From the NCBI GenBank assembly GCA_963779615.1, contig CAVZZA010000005.1, positions 576,001 through 640,000 of the forward strand: DNA of 64,000 nucleotides, written 5' to 3'. Under the pieces are notes generated by a model that saw nothing but the letters and a program-made list of their open reading frames with translations, was not told the DNA's origin and ran no database searches. Below are positions 1-11,418 of this stretch, in pieces; the first letter of the stretch is position 1, and every line of letters begins with the position of its first letter. This stretch comes from an uncultured Nitrososphaeraceae archaeon (GTDB taxonomy: Archaea; Thermoproteota; Nitrososphaeria; Nitrososphaerales; Nitrososphaeraceae). Made by a program: the position numbers and the translations under genes.

Positions 1-390
1 CTGGTTGTTAGTAAAAAAAGGCATGAGGAGACTGGCAGAGTGATTCTTGAGGATAACAACGCAGCAGCCATTTCCCTGGTAAAGGAATTCATTGAAAAGC
101 CTGTTGTGACCCTTGAATGCCCCGAGGCGGCAGGCATCTACCTCTTTAACAACAAGATTTTTGATATGTTGCACAGTAAATCAAGGGAAAGCAATAACGG
201 CACCTTTGACTTGTCCTACGACATCCTGGCAAAAATTCCAAGCGGTGGAGAGTACAAATTGGCTTCTTACGAAATTAGCCGTAGCAACACATACTGGATA
301 GATATAGAATCCCCGGCACACGTAGACAGAAACAGAAAAACAGTGGACAAAATCATACTGCAGATGCAATCATCAACCCCTGATAAATAA
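1..390 (+). CDS. C-terminal part of a sugar-phosphate nucleotidyltransferase (5' end outside window)
   Basis: Frame is open from base 1 (LVVSKKRHEETGRVIL...). Carries the F-x-EKP, AGIYLF and W-I-D-I motifs typical of the NTP_transferase family. Confidence 0.7.
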   Translation: MVVSKKRHEETGRVILEDNNAAAISLVKEFIEKPVVTLECPEAAGIYLFNNKIFDMLHSKSRESNNGTFDLSYDILAKIPSGGEYKLASYEISRSNTYWIDIESPAHVDRNRKTVDKIILQMQSSTPDK

Positions 391-568
391 CCATGCTAAT
401 TTTTTGAGTGGCGGACAAACTAAAAAAAGGTGAGGGAAACAACAATAACCCGTCCTTTGCCATTATTTGGTGGATTGTCGTTGTTTTAACAATGGGAACG
501 GGTTAAAGGATTGACTTTACCCATCATGGTTTGGATAAGCATATGCCTTTAAGCACATGCTTGTGATT

Positions 569-1130
569 TTATCTCCCTATAGACGATACGCGCCTGCCAG
601 TGACACCTGCCACTAATATCTGGACACCATTTATTAGTAGTGATATTGCCAGTAGTATCCCCAAGAAAACAGCGCCCAGCAATGGAGATGCAAATATCAT
701 TATGGACAGCCCAATAGCTATTGCACCCGCTACAACACTGAATGCTCTGGATCCCTTGCTGATTGATTTGTCCCCAATTCCATGAACTATCCTTGCTATA
801 CCATCAAAAAACAACGCAACAGCCAGCAAAAACATCAAAAATACGGTAGTGCCAACAGGATGTGCCATGACAATAATGGACACTATGAGAACAAGGACCC
901 CAAGACCAACAACACCCCATCGCGACTTGCCCGGGGTAGGGCTGAAAATTCCGACTAAGATCCTTTCGATTGCAAGCACAAACAAAACAATTGCAAGCAC
1001 ATATACAACAGAGATGAATGTAAATGCAGGAAAAGCAAGAACATAGAATGATAACACTATTGCTATTATGCCCAAGCCAATCTGTACGGCACGTAACCAG
1101 CCTGGTGATTTTCGTTTCTGAAATAGACAT
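569..1130 (-). CDS. HdeD/DUF308-family membrane protein, probable +1 frameshift near the start
   Basis: About six TM helices in repeated hairpins. ATG at 1130 reads MSISETK and joins SPGWLRAVQIGLG if one T of the run at 1109-1112 is removed; the track ORF starts at 1138. Confidence 0.7.
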
Positions 1131-1324
1131 CTGTGCATGGAAACGAATTTTTACTATATAAGCATTAAAGACCATTTAACCCATTTTACCATGAAAAATC
1201 AGAAAGAACACGGCAAAACAGCGCGTTTTCACACTTGCTCATTCATCGTTTCTTATTTTGGTGTCGATTTAATCTAATCAAAGTAAAACATATTCTACTA
1301 CAGAACTTCAAAAACACTAGACAT

Positions 1325-1615
1325 TAGATCTTGCATAATTAGAAACAGTATGCCCCATCATCATGGCAATGACTGATGATGTCCATCTAAAAAGGTGACA
1401 ATGCTCTGTGGTTTACCGGTCCTGATACTATTCCAGACACCCTGCCATAATTTCTCAATTTGTTTCTGAAGGCATTGCTCATTATCCCATACTTTTTCAT
1501 TCTGCAAATGGTGTGCTCTATCACGATCCTTTTTCCGGAGTGGTTCTGGTTGCACTCTTTTTTCTCTTGATACAGATCTTTTTGGCTTCTCTTCTTTCTG
1601 TTCGGTATTCCATAT
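1325..1615 (-). mobile_element. IS5-family (DDE_Tnp_4-like) transposase 3' remnant with probable right end
   Basis: C-terminal transposase signature N-x-N-H-S-x-K-R-I-V-I-E-H-T-I-C-R-x-K-K-Y...F-R-N, frameshifted and lacking the N-terminus. Candidate terminal repeat TAGATCTTGCATAA at 1325-1338. Confidence 0.7.
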
Positions 1616-1655
1616 AAACAAATACAAAAAAAAATAATTGTTGATTTTGAATTAA

Positions 1656-2957
1656 CAAAATCGCCCCGCTGATACAATTATAGAACTTGAGGGCAAATAC
1701 AAACGCCCAAAGCCTGCGACGATGAGGGACAAGAAATGTCAGGTTGTATACATGACAAACAAACTGCAAAGGCATACATTAGAGTCATTTTGGAATAACG
1801 ACCTGACAAATCAGGAGGAGGGACTACACCATTATCCAGTGCGTACACATTTTGAGAAAACGATGGGCCAAACAGTAAAATTTTTTAAGGGACTAAACAA
1901 TGAGCAGGGACATCCGGCAATTTTGGGCATAGAGGCATTCAATGAACCCCATCCAGCGGGGATAGACAAGAATCGCTTTGAAAAAGAGGTACTTTACCAA
2001 TATTACATGAATGTTTACTCTGAAATTAGAAAATATGACGATAGGCTGTTTTTGTTTATCGAGCCCAGAGTGGATTGGACTGTTTCTACAAAGGAGGATA
2101 AAAAGTCTGCCTTTGGCGGGCCGGTCAAATTTAAAAACCTGTTCAACGTTAACTTTATCCGCGATGTGATGGTGGAAGGCAAAATGAATCCAAAAAACAT
2201 GCAAAGTTATTTGCCATCCGACGCCCATTCGCTGTCGCCCATAACCCAAAGGGGAGTGTTTTCTTTCCATTACTATGACACAATGGCAATAGCGGGGTCT
2301 TTCCTTAAGGTCCCAGAAAACCTCTATAGAATTAAACGAGAATGGCCAAACATATTTGAACAACTGGTTGAGGCGGCGGTAGAGCGCAACCTTATCCCCT
2401 TTCTGACGGAATTTGGAGGGTTACAGGAAAGTGAGCAAATCAGGGAATATTTGGATTTGAATTTTATCCAAATAGAATCCTTTCTCATCAATTCAACGCT
2501 ATGGAATTATGACCTGTACAATACAGAAGAGGGAAAAGACAATTGGAATTTAGAGAACTATTCCGTTCTTGGGCCTAACAGGGTTCCCAGGAACACCGAT
2601 GTCATCTCAAGGCCCTATCCCATGCGCAGTTCGGCAGAACCTAAACTCTTGTTCTTTGACATCAAAACAAAGTATGCATCAGTTATCTTGGAAGGAACGG
2701 TAGAAGCTCCTAATCACCCCACCATGGTATACGTTCCATTCAACACCCATTATTTGCCCGAGTTTTTTGTATGGGCAACCAGTGATGAGATAGAATGGGA
2801 CAAGCAAAGCCAAATTTTGCATTGGTATCCCAATAGGGATTGCGCAGTAAATGCAATAATCCTTGGAAAGGATAGCGTAATGGATGAGAGTGCATTACCA
2901 AAATTGGTAAAAAAAGTGGCAGATGAAAGCAGTCTTTTCAGCCGAAAGTTTTCGTGA
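1656..2957 (+). pseudogene. Glycoside hydrolase family 5 (endoglycoceramidase-like), N-terminally truncated
   Basis: Acid/base motif FNEPH, nucleophile motif LTEFGG, and RPYP leading into a GH5 C-terminal domain. The frame is open from 1656 but lacks the first barrel strands and abuts the IS5 remnant. Confidence 0.7.
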
Positions 2958-3228
2958 TTTGCATTCCCAATGTCCGCACATACCAAAGAAGTTATGTTTT
3001 GCCTTGGCATGCAGATAAACAATCGAACAGGGTCTGCATGGCACATGTAATAAAACTTTAATTTGATTAACATGTTCGTAATTTTTCAAAAACAAATCCA
3101 TATGTCTTTAATGCATAGTTTTCATGAAACGACAGAATACATCTTGACACGGGGTTGATAAATTTGTGATCTATTCTGATTATCTGCACTCTTAATCAAA
3201 TTAAATAGCATTCATCATCATAAAACAC

Positions 3229-3615
3229 ATGGATCAGGCAAACCCATTTCCTAGAGGGTACCATTCTATAAGTCCCTATTTGGTCGTAAAGAACATCTCT
3301 GATTTTATTAGTTTTCTCAAGGAGGTATTTCAAGCCACAGAGGTTATAAGGCTACTAGAAGATAATGAAACATATGCCGAAGTAAAAATTGGAGATTCGA
3401 TATTAATGATGGTTGAGCCAAGAGAAAATGCAAAAACGCCCAATTGCATTCTTTGGGTATACGTATTTGATGTTGAGGATGTGTATCAAAAAGCGCTGAC
3501 AAATGGTTCAACATCGTTGATGAAACCTACCTTTAAGTATGGAACAGATAAAATAGCCATCATAAACGATCCTTTTGGCATTCAATGGCGTATAGCATCC
3601 TACAGGAAAGGGTGA
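3229..3615 (+). CDS. VOC/glyoxalase (PhnB-like) protein
   Basis: GYHSISPYL...AEVKIGDS...DPFGIQW pattern. Confidence 0.85.
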   Translation: MDQANPFPRGYHSISPYLVVKNISDFISFLKEVFQATEVIRLLEDNETYAEVKIGDSILMMVEPRENAKTPNCILWVYVFDVEDVYQKALTNGSTSLMKPTFKYGTDKIAIINDPFGIQWRIASYRKG

Positions 3616-4037
3616 CACCAAATATCAGAGAATCAAACCTCATCAGGTAATCATTACTGAAAAAATTTGCACCTATCCCCATACAAAAAAACCGTTACTT
3701 TTCAAATGCCCATAATAAAATTATCAGGAAAGGTCAAGACTATGCTTATACCAAAACACCCACCTTAATTTCCTTTTCTCCAAATATTGCTTATTGCTCG
3801 CTTTATTTTCTGGTGTCAATGCACATTGTTTGGCGTATTGATAAATAAAGCTCAAAGTCATGCAACAAACAAAATAAACAGTCAAATGTAGCATTTATAC
3901 AAAAAACCTCAAAGGAGTTTACATCAAAATAACCATCGACAATTAACACAGCTTATTTTCACGATTATTTTTGTTCTTTGTCCAGAATTAGTGGCTATTG
4001 GATATGCTAATAAATTATTGTTTAGCATACAATACAG

Positions 4038-4556
4038 GTGAAGGGAAAACACGGCAGCAAGATAACAGGCACCGCTGCAAAATTTTACGCAAAGTATGAG
4101 AATGCCATATCTTTGAATAAAAACCTGTTGGTTTCTGGCACTATTGGGTTTGCCATCAGCATTGTTGTGGCATATGCATATGCACATTACTCCACTAACA
4201 ATTTTGACAATTCCGCATTGACTGTGGTAGTAGGATACACAACATCCAAAACGATTTTCGCAATCCTTTTCCACAACGACAACAAGAAAACATACACAAA
4301 AAAACTAAGCGGGAAAATCAATTTCCACATATTGAAGCAAATAGTGGAAAAGATGATGTTTGCCAATTCCGTGTTTGACATCATCAACAATTTGACGAGA
4401 TTCATCGTTTTATACGAGTTGTTAAGAGTGGAATTTCCGCCAGTACAGGCTGCGGCAATATCATCAATTGCAGCTTCATCTTTGTCCTATTTGGCAATAA
4501 ACCTGATTGTAAAACGTATCAATGTGTTTGGTTCAAAAAAGAAAAAGATATTTTAA
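4038..4556 (+). CDS. Hypothetical membrane protein
   Basis: 172-aa ORF with several hydrophobic segments and a basic C-terminus. Confidence 0.6.
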   Translation: MKGKHGSKITGTAAKFYAKYENAISLNKNLLVSGTIGFAISIVVAYAYAHYSTNNFDNSALTVVVGYTTSKTIFAILFHNDNKKTYTKKLSGKINFHILKQIVEKMMFANSVFDIINNLTRFIVLYELLRVEFPPVQAAAISSIAASSLSYLAINLIVKRINVFGSKKKKIF

Positions 4557-4661
4557 AAGATTGCATGATACCAACGTCATTATGGATCTATTCCATATTT
4601 CAAGATAAAAAAAACCGGAGCAAAGACGATGATCCATTAAATAGGACTGTTTTTTTTATCT

Positions 4662-5852
4662 TCAGTCTCCCTGATCCTTTTCATCCCCTTCTGAATAATC
4701 AGCGGTATCAGTTATTCCGGCTATGGCATTATTAGACAGGACATTGTTTTTGGAGTCATCAGAGGATTCAATACCTTTTGTAGCGTTAATTAGGGTGTTG
4801 TTGTAAACCCTGTTGTCAAAAGAGTTGTGATAGAGATAAATTCCCTGGCTGCCGCAGTTTGTTGCAGTATTGTTATACACTTGGTTGTTGTGGGATTGGG
4901 ACAGGAATATGCATTTTGACTCATTCTGCACATCATTGTTCCTAGCAATAGAATCATGCATATTTCTGCTGAACATTATGCCAGAGCCTGAGCTGTTGTA
5001 CACTTTGTTGCCCTCTATTGTTATGTTATAGCAGTCAAGCGAGCAGATTATCCCCATTGCCCCATGGTCATGCACAGTGTTGTTTCTTATTACCATATCA
5101 TGTGTTCCAGTGTGGGGGTCAAAGCCATACATAAAGTTGTGGTGCACATGATTGCTCACAAGAACCAGGTTTCCGACACCAACCGAATAAAACCCAAAAC
5201 GATTGTGGTGTATCTCATTATTCTTGATAACGCTTGTGCCAGTGTTGCCATAGTAGCTTATGCCAGAGCAGCCACCGCCACATTCGTATCCCAAGTATGC
5301 GATTTCAGAATTAGTAATATTTGTGGTGCCTGTGGCTTCATCTTCTACTATTATGTATGGCCTTGGTACCGCATCTATGCCGGTATGTTGGTGTTCTCTG
5401 TCTGGCAACACATCAAACTCAAATTTAGCATAATCCTTGGCAATAGGATCCCAAGAGGTTATTTTCACAGAGTCAATCTTTAGGCTACCAAGTACCGTAA
5501 TGGGATATGCTGTTTTTCCATCCGATGCTATCTTTAGCCATTTGGTGTCCTTTGAATCTATGACCAAGGTAGAACCTTTTTCAACTTGCATGCCAGCATT
5601 TAATATCCATATGTTACCAGATCCATCTTCCTTCCTTAGTATATCCTGATTTTGCAATTTGTTAAATATGTCTGTAAGATGGATTGGTGACAAGCAGGAG
5701 ATTGAAATTAATTGTTCAGCGGAATCATAGTTAATGCAGTTACTTTGGCTGATTTGTTGCGCAAACACGTCAAAATCAAGAAAACCTGTCAGGAATAAAA
5801 CCGGTGTGACAAATATCAATATCTTTACAGAGAAATTTAATACCGATGCCAA
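4662..5852 (-). CDS. Secreted right-handed parallel beta-helix protein (NosD/mannuronan C5-epimerase-like)
   Basis: Signal peptide, repeated N-x-I/V-x-x-N beta-helix turns, and the motif YGFDPH. Confidence 0.8.
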   Translation of the reverse strand: MASVLNFSVKILIFVTPVLFLTGFLDFDVFAQQISQSNCINYDSAEQLISISCLSPIHLTDIFNKLQNQDILRKEDGSGNIWILNAGMQVEKGSTLVIDSKDTKWLKIASDGKTAYPITVLGSLKIDSVKITSWDPIAKDYAKFEFDVLPDREHQHTGIDAVPRPYIIVEDEATGTTNITNSEIAYLGYECGGGCSGISYYGNTGTSVIKNNEIHHNRFGFYSVGVGNLVLVSNHVHHNFMYGFDPHTGTHDMVIRNNTVHDHGAMGIICSLDCYNITIEGNKVYNSSGSGIMFSRNMHDSIARNNDVQNESKCIFLSQSHNNQVYNNTATNCGSQGIYLYHNSFDNRVYNNTLINATKGIESSDDSKNNVLSNNAIAGITDTADYSEGDEKDQGD

Positions 5853-6274
5853 GTTATAATATTTTAATACAAAAGCAAAGTATTTACAGCTTTTATTTTA
5901 GAATATAGTAAAATAACACAATTGTCTGGACATTATTCCCAGTTTCACATTATTTTTATTCTCTTTTGTGAAGAAATATGGTTCTAATATTGATTCTAAT
6001 AGGGTTCAACAACTTTCTCAACAGACGCCAATTCAACTAATCCTTTTAAAATAAAATAATAATTTTAAGTGTTGTTCTAAGCCAAGGGGGCTAATGCCGA
6101 TATCGGTTCTCTAAAATAGATTCTATTTTTTATAGCATAATGTATCATTTAAAGATTAAGTAAAATTTAATTTCCAAAGTTATTAATAAGCAGCAACATC
6201 GTTTGGCACGACTAGAGTTTGGTCCGCAGGTTTAGCGGCGAGAATTCGACAGTTCCAAATGTCTATATCTACAA

Positions 6275-6466
6275 TCATTTTCTTTTTCTTAGCCATTTTG
6301 TCTTTTTCACCCTGTTGATACAATCAGTACACTGCAAGTCATATTTTGATATATCAACTGGCTTCTGGACCAGTATTACCTTACGATACTTTTTACATTC
6401 TAACATGTTAATCATTGTTACATCCTGTTCTTGTTCATTGTTCCCATACGCCTCAAGACGGTCCAA
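6275..6466 (-). CDS. Small hypothetical protein, possible degenerate zinc ribbon
   Basis: CKKY...CTDC; the first Cys pair is incomplete. Confidence 0.3.
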   Translation of the reverse strand: MDRLEAYGNNEQEQDVTMINMLECKKYRKVILVQKPVDISKYDLQCTDCINRVKKTKWLRKRK

Positions 6467-6777
6467 TTCATGAATAGTTATCTAATGCTGTTTTTACGGT
6501 TGTCAAAGTTTCTCTGTTCTATTGATGCTTTGTTCTTTTATCTATTGACTGATGCTTGTTCTCAAGTTACTCGTCGCGTGAAATTGCATGTAGTGTTTGC
6601 TTTATTTATTCATCTTCTTTTCCCAATGGAGTCGATTACTGTAGTTGACTGCTTAGCAATTCCCTACTATATGGAAATGTAAGTGAGAATAAGTTATAAT
6701 AAACAACCACAGGTTTACAGAACACTTTTGAAACTCTTAAATAATAAGCGACTACAAATTTTTTGTATAGATATGCT

Positions 6778-7728
6778 ATGAAAGCAGGAATACTCTTGCC
6801 ACATCTTGGAGAATCTGCTACAAGAGAAAACGTTCTGCATATTGCAAAGGAGGCTGAAAAGGAAGGCCTTGATTCTGTTTGGGTACTCGAACGGCTTTTG
6901 TGGTCAGTCAAGCCCCAGACACCATATGGTGGAACGCCTGATGGCACTCTTCCAGTTGAATACCAATATGTACCTGACCCGCTGGAGACGCTTACCTACG
7001 TGGCAGGCAATACCGACAAAATTTCTTTAGGTACTTCTATAATTGATATGCTGTTTCATAATCCAGTAGTACTGGCAAAGCGATTTGCAACACTCGATAT
7101 CCTGTCGCAGGGACGGGTTATTGCAGGCCTAGGACTTGGATGGTCAAAAGACGAGTACGAAGTTTCCGGTATACCTTACAAATCCAGAGGAGAAAGGGCA
7201 AACGAATTTTTGCAATTGCTAAAGCGAATTTGGACTGATGAGATGGTTGAATTTAAAGGTCAATTCTACTCTCTACCAGCCTCAAAAATTGGACCAAAGC
7301 CTGTGCAGAAACCTCATCCTCCAATACTGATTGGCGGATTCAGTCCAAAGGCATTTTCACGAATAGTAAGCTATGCGGATGGCTGGTTGCCAGTTGCTGG
7401 ATTTGGGCCATTAGAACCGATTGAACAAGCTATAAACGGCTTGAGAGAAGGCGCAAGAAAAGCCAACAAAGACCCTTCAAAGATTCGTGTATTTGTGTTG
7501 ACATATCCAAATGTGCTGGACTCACCGTCGTCTTCTCCAACTTCCTCCTCCTCAGAGCAACAGAGATTGCCCATGACAGGTACGATTGACCAAATTGGAA
7601 CTGACATTGATCAAATCAAAGCGATGGGCGCAGAGCACATAATATTTGGTCATGTCTTTTCTCCAATAGGTAAGGATATGAATAAGATGATCGAGATAAC
7701 AAAACAGCTTGCTGGGTTTGCTAAATAA
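6778..7728 (+). CDS. LLM-class F420-dependent oxidoreductase (TIGR03619-like)
   Basis: GLDSVWV, DPLETL, GRVIAGLGLGW...EY, PKPVQKPHPPILIGG, ADGW. ATG at 6778 preferred over TTG at 6763. Confidence 0.9.
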   Translation: MKAGILLPHLGESATRENVLHIAKEAEKEGLDSVWVLERLLWSVKPQTPYGGTPDGTLPVEYQYVPDPLETLTYVAGNTDKISLGTSIIDMLFHNPVVLAKRFATLDILSQGRVIAGLGLGWSKDEYEVSGIPYKSRGERANEFLQLLKRIWTDEMVEFKGQFYSLPASKIGPKPVQKPHPPILIGGFSPKAFSRIVSYADGWLPVAGFGPLEPIEQAINGLREGARKANKDPSKIRVFVLTYPNVLDSPSSSPTSSSSEQQRLPMTGTIDQIGTDIDQIKAMGAEHIIFGHVFSPIGKDMNKMIEITKQLAGFAK

Positions 7729-8149
7729 CAAAGGTACCTCGTCATCAGAAAAGGAAAATAAATTTATCAAGTTGCGGCCAAACGAACGTATTATATATTT
7801 CAACCGGGAAAAATGGAACAGATTGAAGTAGAATTTAATGGTATTTACCAGCCTCTTTTATACGACTGCTGTTTTATTGCAAAATATATTTACTCAAGCG
7901 GTTGTCTTGGCTTTGGTGATCCAGTTGCGTTTTACACAATTTTTCACGATGTTTTTCAACTGCTTCGCTATTAGGAGTATAAAGAAAACGGGAGGATAAT
8001 CCAAATTCTTCGTTGTAAAGTATGTTCAAAACCTTGACACATAGTTCATCTTCAGGAAGATCGGTATTTCTTTAATTCACCTTCAGTATAATTGCCAAGA
8101 GAGTAGACATCAAGTAATATCAGCAAGTCTCTTTTCCTTGATATTGTTT

Positions 8150-8330
8150 AGTATTCAAAGTCAAATGAAGATGATGACCCTGGCCATATGGCATAGTTAT
8201 TTATTACATCATTTGTTCCATCAGGGTACGCTACTGTCACTCTATACACTCCTGATGGAAGACTGAAACCATTTTACCATCAATAGAAACAAATGAATTT
8301 GCAGTAAAACCTCCTTTTTTCTGTACCTGG
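8150..8330 (-). pseudogene. Remnant of a beta-sandwich (carboxypeptidase-regulatory-like) protein C-terminus
   Basis: Manual minus-strand translation: ...GFTANSFVSIDGK / FSLPSGVYRVTVAYPDGTNDVINNYAIWPGSSSSFDFEY*. Frameshifted, no start. Confidence 0.35.
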
Positions 8331-8480
8331 CGATAAGTAATACGTAGTTTCACAATATGTTTATTTTATGATTGTAATGGTTGAACATAATTATTTTTGC
8401 TTTTTTTTATATCCGTATAACATTAATGTTATTAATAGACAATAAATCTCAAGATCCTTATATCCTTTAGATACTAAATA

Positions 8481-8630
8481 TAGAGTACGACTTCATCATC
8501 AGAATCTAGAACAGTCTCTTCAGGATTTACCTGTGATTAATGCGGAATTACTTTTGACAATATGAATGACAAAGAAGAACACATAAAATTATAACATTCA
8601 GAACATAAACCACCAAGCGGTTCAGGATAA
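8481..8630 (+). pseudogene. C2H2 zinc-finger microprotein pseudogene
   Basis: Manual translation STTSSSESRTVSSGFTCD*CGITFDNMNDKEEHIKL*HSEHKPPSGSG* gives C-x2-C-x3-F-x8-H-x4-H. Two in-frame TAA codons, and TAG at the expected start position. Confidence 0.6.
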
Positions 8631-9169
8631 ACTTCTAATACCGCCTATCGAAATCCAATCTATTGTCAAAAACATAACCATTTTTTTTACCACTGAAAAT
8701 CAAAGCATGATTTAAACAAATTTTATTTTTCATTTCTCTTAATCGAACAGAACTCTAAAGATATGTTGTTTCCCTATCAAAAACAGCATAAAAAACAACA
8801 TAAATAGCAATAAAAAAATGTAGTAACGTAGATAGCAGTTAAGAAAAGGTCGTAACACGCATAGCAAAACTCGTTTCCATATAAACCAACTATATAGCAA
8901 TATCAGTTGTTGGATCATCATTTCCATGAGTTCTTTCTATTAATATAACATTACCATCAAAAATATCAAGCATAAAATAATTGTTCAAAAATGTTAACAA
9001 GAAATGCTTATTGTTGGAAATGGAAGAAATCAGTAGAATTGAGATGTTAAAAACAGATAAGATGACGGCAGTTCAGTTTCCGGAAAGTAAAGATGGTTTC
9101 CGTAATTTAAACAAACAAACAAAGGAAAAAGAAAAATTAATGGAATAGTAAACCTTTGGCCAATAAACA

Positions 9170-9688
9170 TTATGATGTACCTATTTTATTTTTACTCATC
9201 AACTTTCTGGCCATAAACACATCAGCTCTATAATCATCGTTATAGCGAGGTATATCCATAAAACCATTCTTTAAGTACAGTTTTATGGCTGCTTGCAAAT
9301 CCCTTGAACTATATAAATAGATGTTTGTATAACCTGACTTTTTTGCATAGTCAAGCACAACATCAAGCATCATCTGCCCAATTCCCAATCCCCTATACCG
9401 CTTCAACACGAACATTCTCTTTAGTTCGCAAGTAGAAACAATTTGCCTTAGATTTCTTATTGCCACTGTACCAACTATTTGGTTATTATCATTGTCAACT
9501 TTTTCAACAACCCAAAAGCATCCACCGTTATCTTTGTTATAATGCTGGTTTATATTTAGCAAATCTGAATCAAGCCCATCTAATTTAAGTTGAATGTTAA
9601 ACTGATTGACAACTATGTCTGCTATAAGGTTTACAACAGTTTCCAGATTGTTATCCGACAGATCTCTCACCCTAAAGGATTGTGGCAA
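9170..9688 (-). CDS. GNAT family N-acetyltransferase
   Basis: ELKRMFV...YRGLGIG acetyl-CoA motif A; AIKLYLKNGF. Confidence 0.9.
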   Translation of the reverse strand: MPQSFRVRDLSDNNLETVVNLIADIVVNQFNIQLKLDGLDSDLLNINQHYNKDNGGCFWVVEKVDNDNNQIVGTVAIRNLRQIVSTCELKRMFVLKRYRGLGIGQMMLDVVLDYAKKSGYTNIYLYSSRDLQAAIKLYLKNGFMDIPRYNDDYRADVFMARKLMSKNKIGTS

Positions 9689-9848
9689 GCATACTTCTTC
9701 TCCTTAGTTAGCTATTTACTGAAGTGCTAAATAGCATGCATGGTTATCAAACTCCTTTTTTATTGGTGATGTTATAGACGGTGACTGAAAATTCTGGAAT
9801 TATATGCACAGGGACATCCTCTGCTTGTTCTGGTATAATAAACATTTA

Positions 9849-10289
9849 TCAGGTACTTTTGGAAGCTTTCTTTTGCCTAAAATAAAATAACAGAACTACA
9901 ACTAATATGGATATTACCGCAGGCAAAACCATCAAAACATTAAAGAAATTCAAAGGTATTCTGCATGAAAGGGAGCTTATAATCAATATTGTGGTTGCAA
10001 TAACTAGTGCAAAACCAATATTTGTAAATAAACTTGCGATTCTAATATGTGAAATAATAAGAATAGAGGAAATGGAAAAAGGTATTATCAGTATACCGAC
10101 GGAAATTACAACGGCAATTTGGGCCTGCTCACTAGTCAGGTGGAATCCAAAAGAGCATTTTTCGGAATCTATATCAAAAATAGTTGTAGGCGGAAGCTGT
10201 ACCGCAATGGAGAAAAAGATAAAAATCGATCCTATAATACCAGCATTAACTGCCAATAAATGAAAATCATTTGGTGTGAAATTAGACAT
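9849..10289 (-). CDS. Hypothetical membrane protein (about 4 TM)
   Basis: Four hydrophobic segments and an ATG start. Confidence 0.6.
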   Translation of the reverse strand: MSNFTPNDFHLLAVNAGIIGSIFIFFSIAVQLPPTTIFDIDSEKCSFGFHLTSEQAQIAVVISVGILIIPFSISSILIISHIRIASLFTNIGFALVIATTILIISSLSCRIPLNFFNVLMVLPAVISILVVVLLFYFRQKKASKST

Positions 10290-10543
10290 CTCCGTAACTC
10301 AATTGTTGAATTAATAATCTATCTATCTATCTATCTATTTCTTTTTTGTTTATCCATTTTTAGATGGTAAAATTTGTTTAGGAAGAAGAGTTTTTTATGT
10401 TAGATAAACTATTTGTTGTCCTTGTTTTTACCTCTTGGATTATTGTATATAATTTATAAAGAGATTCTCACCCTGTTAATTTCCTATTGTGCCTCCATGT
10501 TTACAAACCATTGTGTATAATATAGTATAATGACCTGTTTCTA

Positions 10544-11251
10544 TTGTTGAAATGGTCTATTGAGGATTTTGTATATGGTGCAACAGATGGTGCTGTTACA
10601 ACTTTTGCAATTGTAGCGGGAGTGGTGGGAGCTTCGCTTTCTCCTTCTGTTGTTTTAATATTGGGATTTGCAAACCTGTTTGCAGATGGTTTTTCGATGG
10701 CCATAGGCAACTATCTATCGGCAAAATCAAGAATTGAATATGTTGAAAGACAAAGAAAGAGAGAAGAATGGGAGATTAAACTTAATACTGCTCAAAAAAT
10801 ACAGGAGATCAAAGATATCTATTCGGACAAGGGATTTAAAGGCGAGTTACTTGAAAGTATTGCAAAAGTCATTATTTCAAACAGAAAGGTTTGGGTTGAT
10901 ACCATGATGGAAGAGAAAATAGGACCAATAGACAATAACAATGAAAATCCGATATACAAAGCAATTACAACTTTTTTTGCTTTTTATTTAGTTGGTTTAA
11001 TTCCACTGATTCCGTTTATTTATGTATACTTTGTTTATTTTGATTTGTCGCATTCGATAAATAAAATAGACAATGTCTTTCTCTATTCAATTATATTTAC
11101 TGCGATTTCCTTCTTTTCAATTGGACTAGTAAAAGGAAAAGTTGTTAACAAATCACCTGTAAAATCCGGATTAAATACATTAATTATTGGTGGAGTTGCT
11201 GCCGTAGTAGCTTTTTTAGTTGGAAGTCTACTGGGTGCATATGTAAAATAA
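10544..11251 (+). CDS. VIT1/CCC1 family Fe/Mn transporter
   Basis: VYGATDG...TTFA, G.ANL.ADGFSMA.GNYLS, G..PL.P motifs. Confidence 0.92.
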   Translation: MLKWSIEDFVYGATDGAVTTFAIVAGVVGASLSPSVVLILGFANLFADGFSMAIGNYLSAKSRIEYVERQRKREEWEIKLNTAQKIQEIKDIYSDKGFKGELLESIAKVIISNRKVWVDTMMEEKIGPIDNNNENPIYKAITTFFAFYLVGLIPLIPFIYVYFVYFDLSHSINKIDNVFLYSIIFTAISFFSIGLVKGKVVNKSPVKSGLNTLIIGGVAAVVAFLVGSLLGAYVK

Positions 11252-11418
11252 GAAAAACATCTTCGTTAAATGCCTACAAAATTGAACCTGTAATTTCTAA
11301 TTAAACAGGTGGCTTGGAAACACAGGAGGCATTTTCTTTTATTTTTTTATAAATTAAGGAATTGTATTCTTTTAAATACCCTCCAAAATATAATGTGTTT
11401 CCAGGTTAAGCAGATCCA

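Noticed and set aside
6200-6260. GC-richer patch with a TTCGA motif as a possible tRNA
   Set aside because: No cloverleaf or acceptor stem could be formed.
10317-10338. (CTAT)n microsatellite
   Set aside because: Short and intergenic; nothing supports a function.
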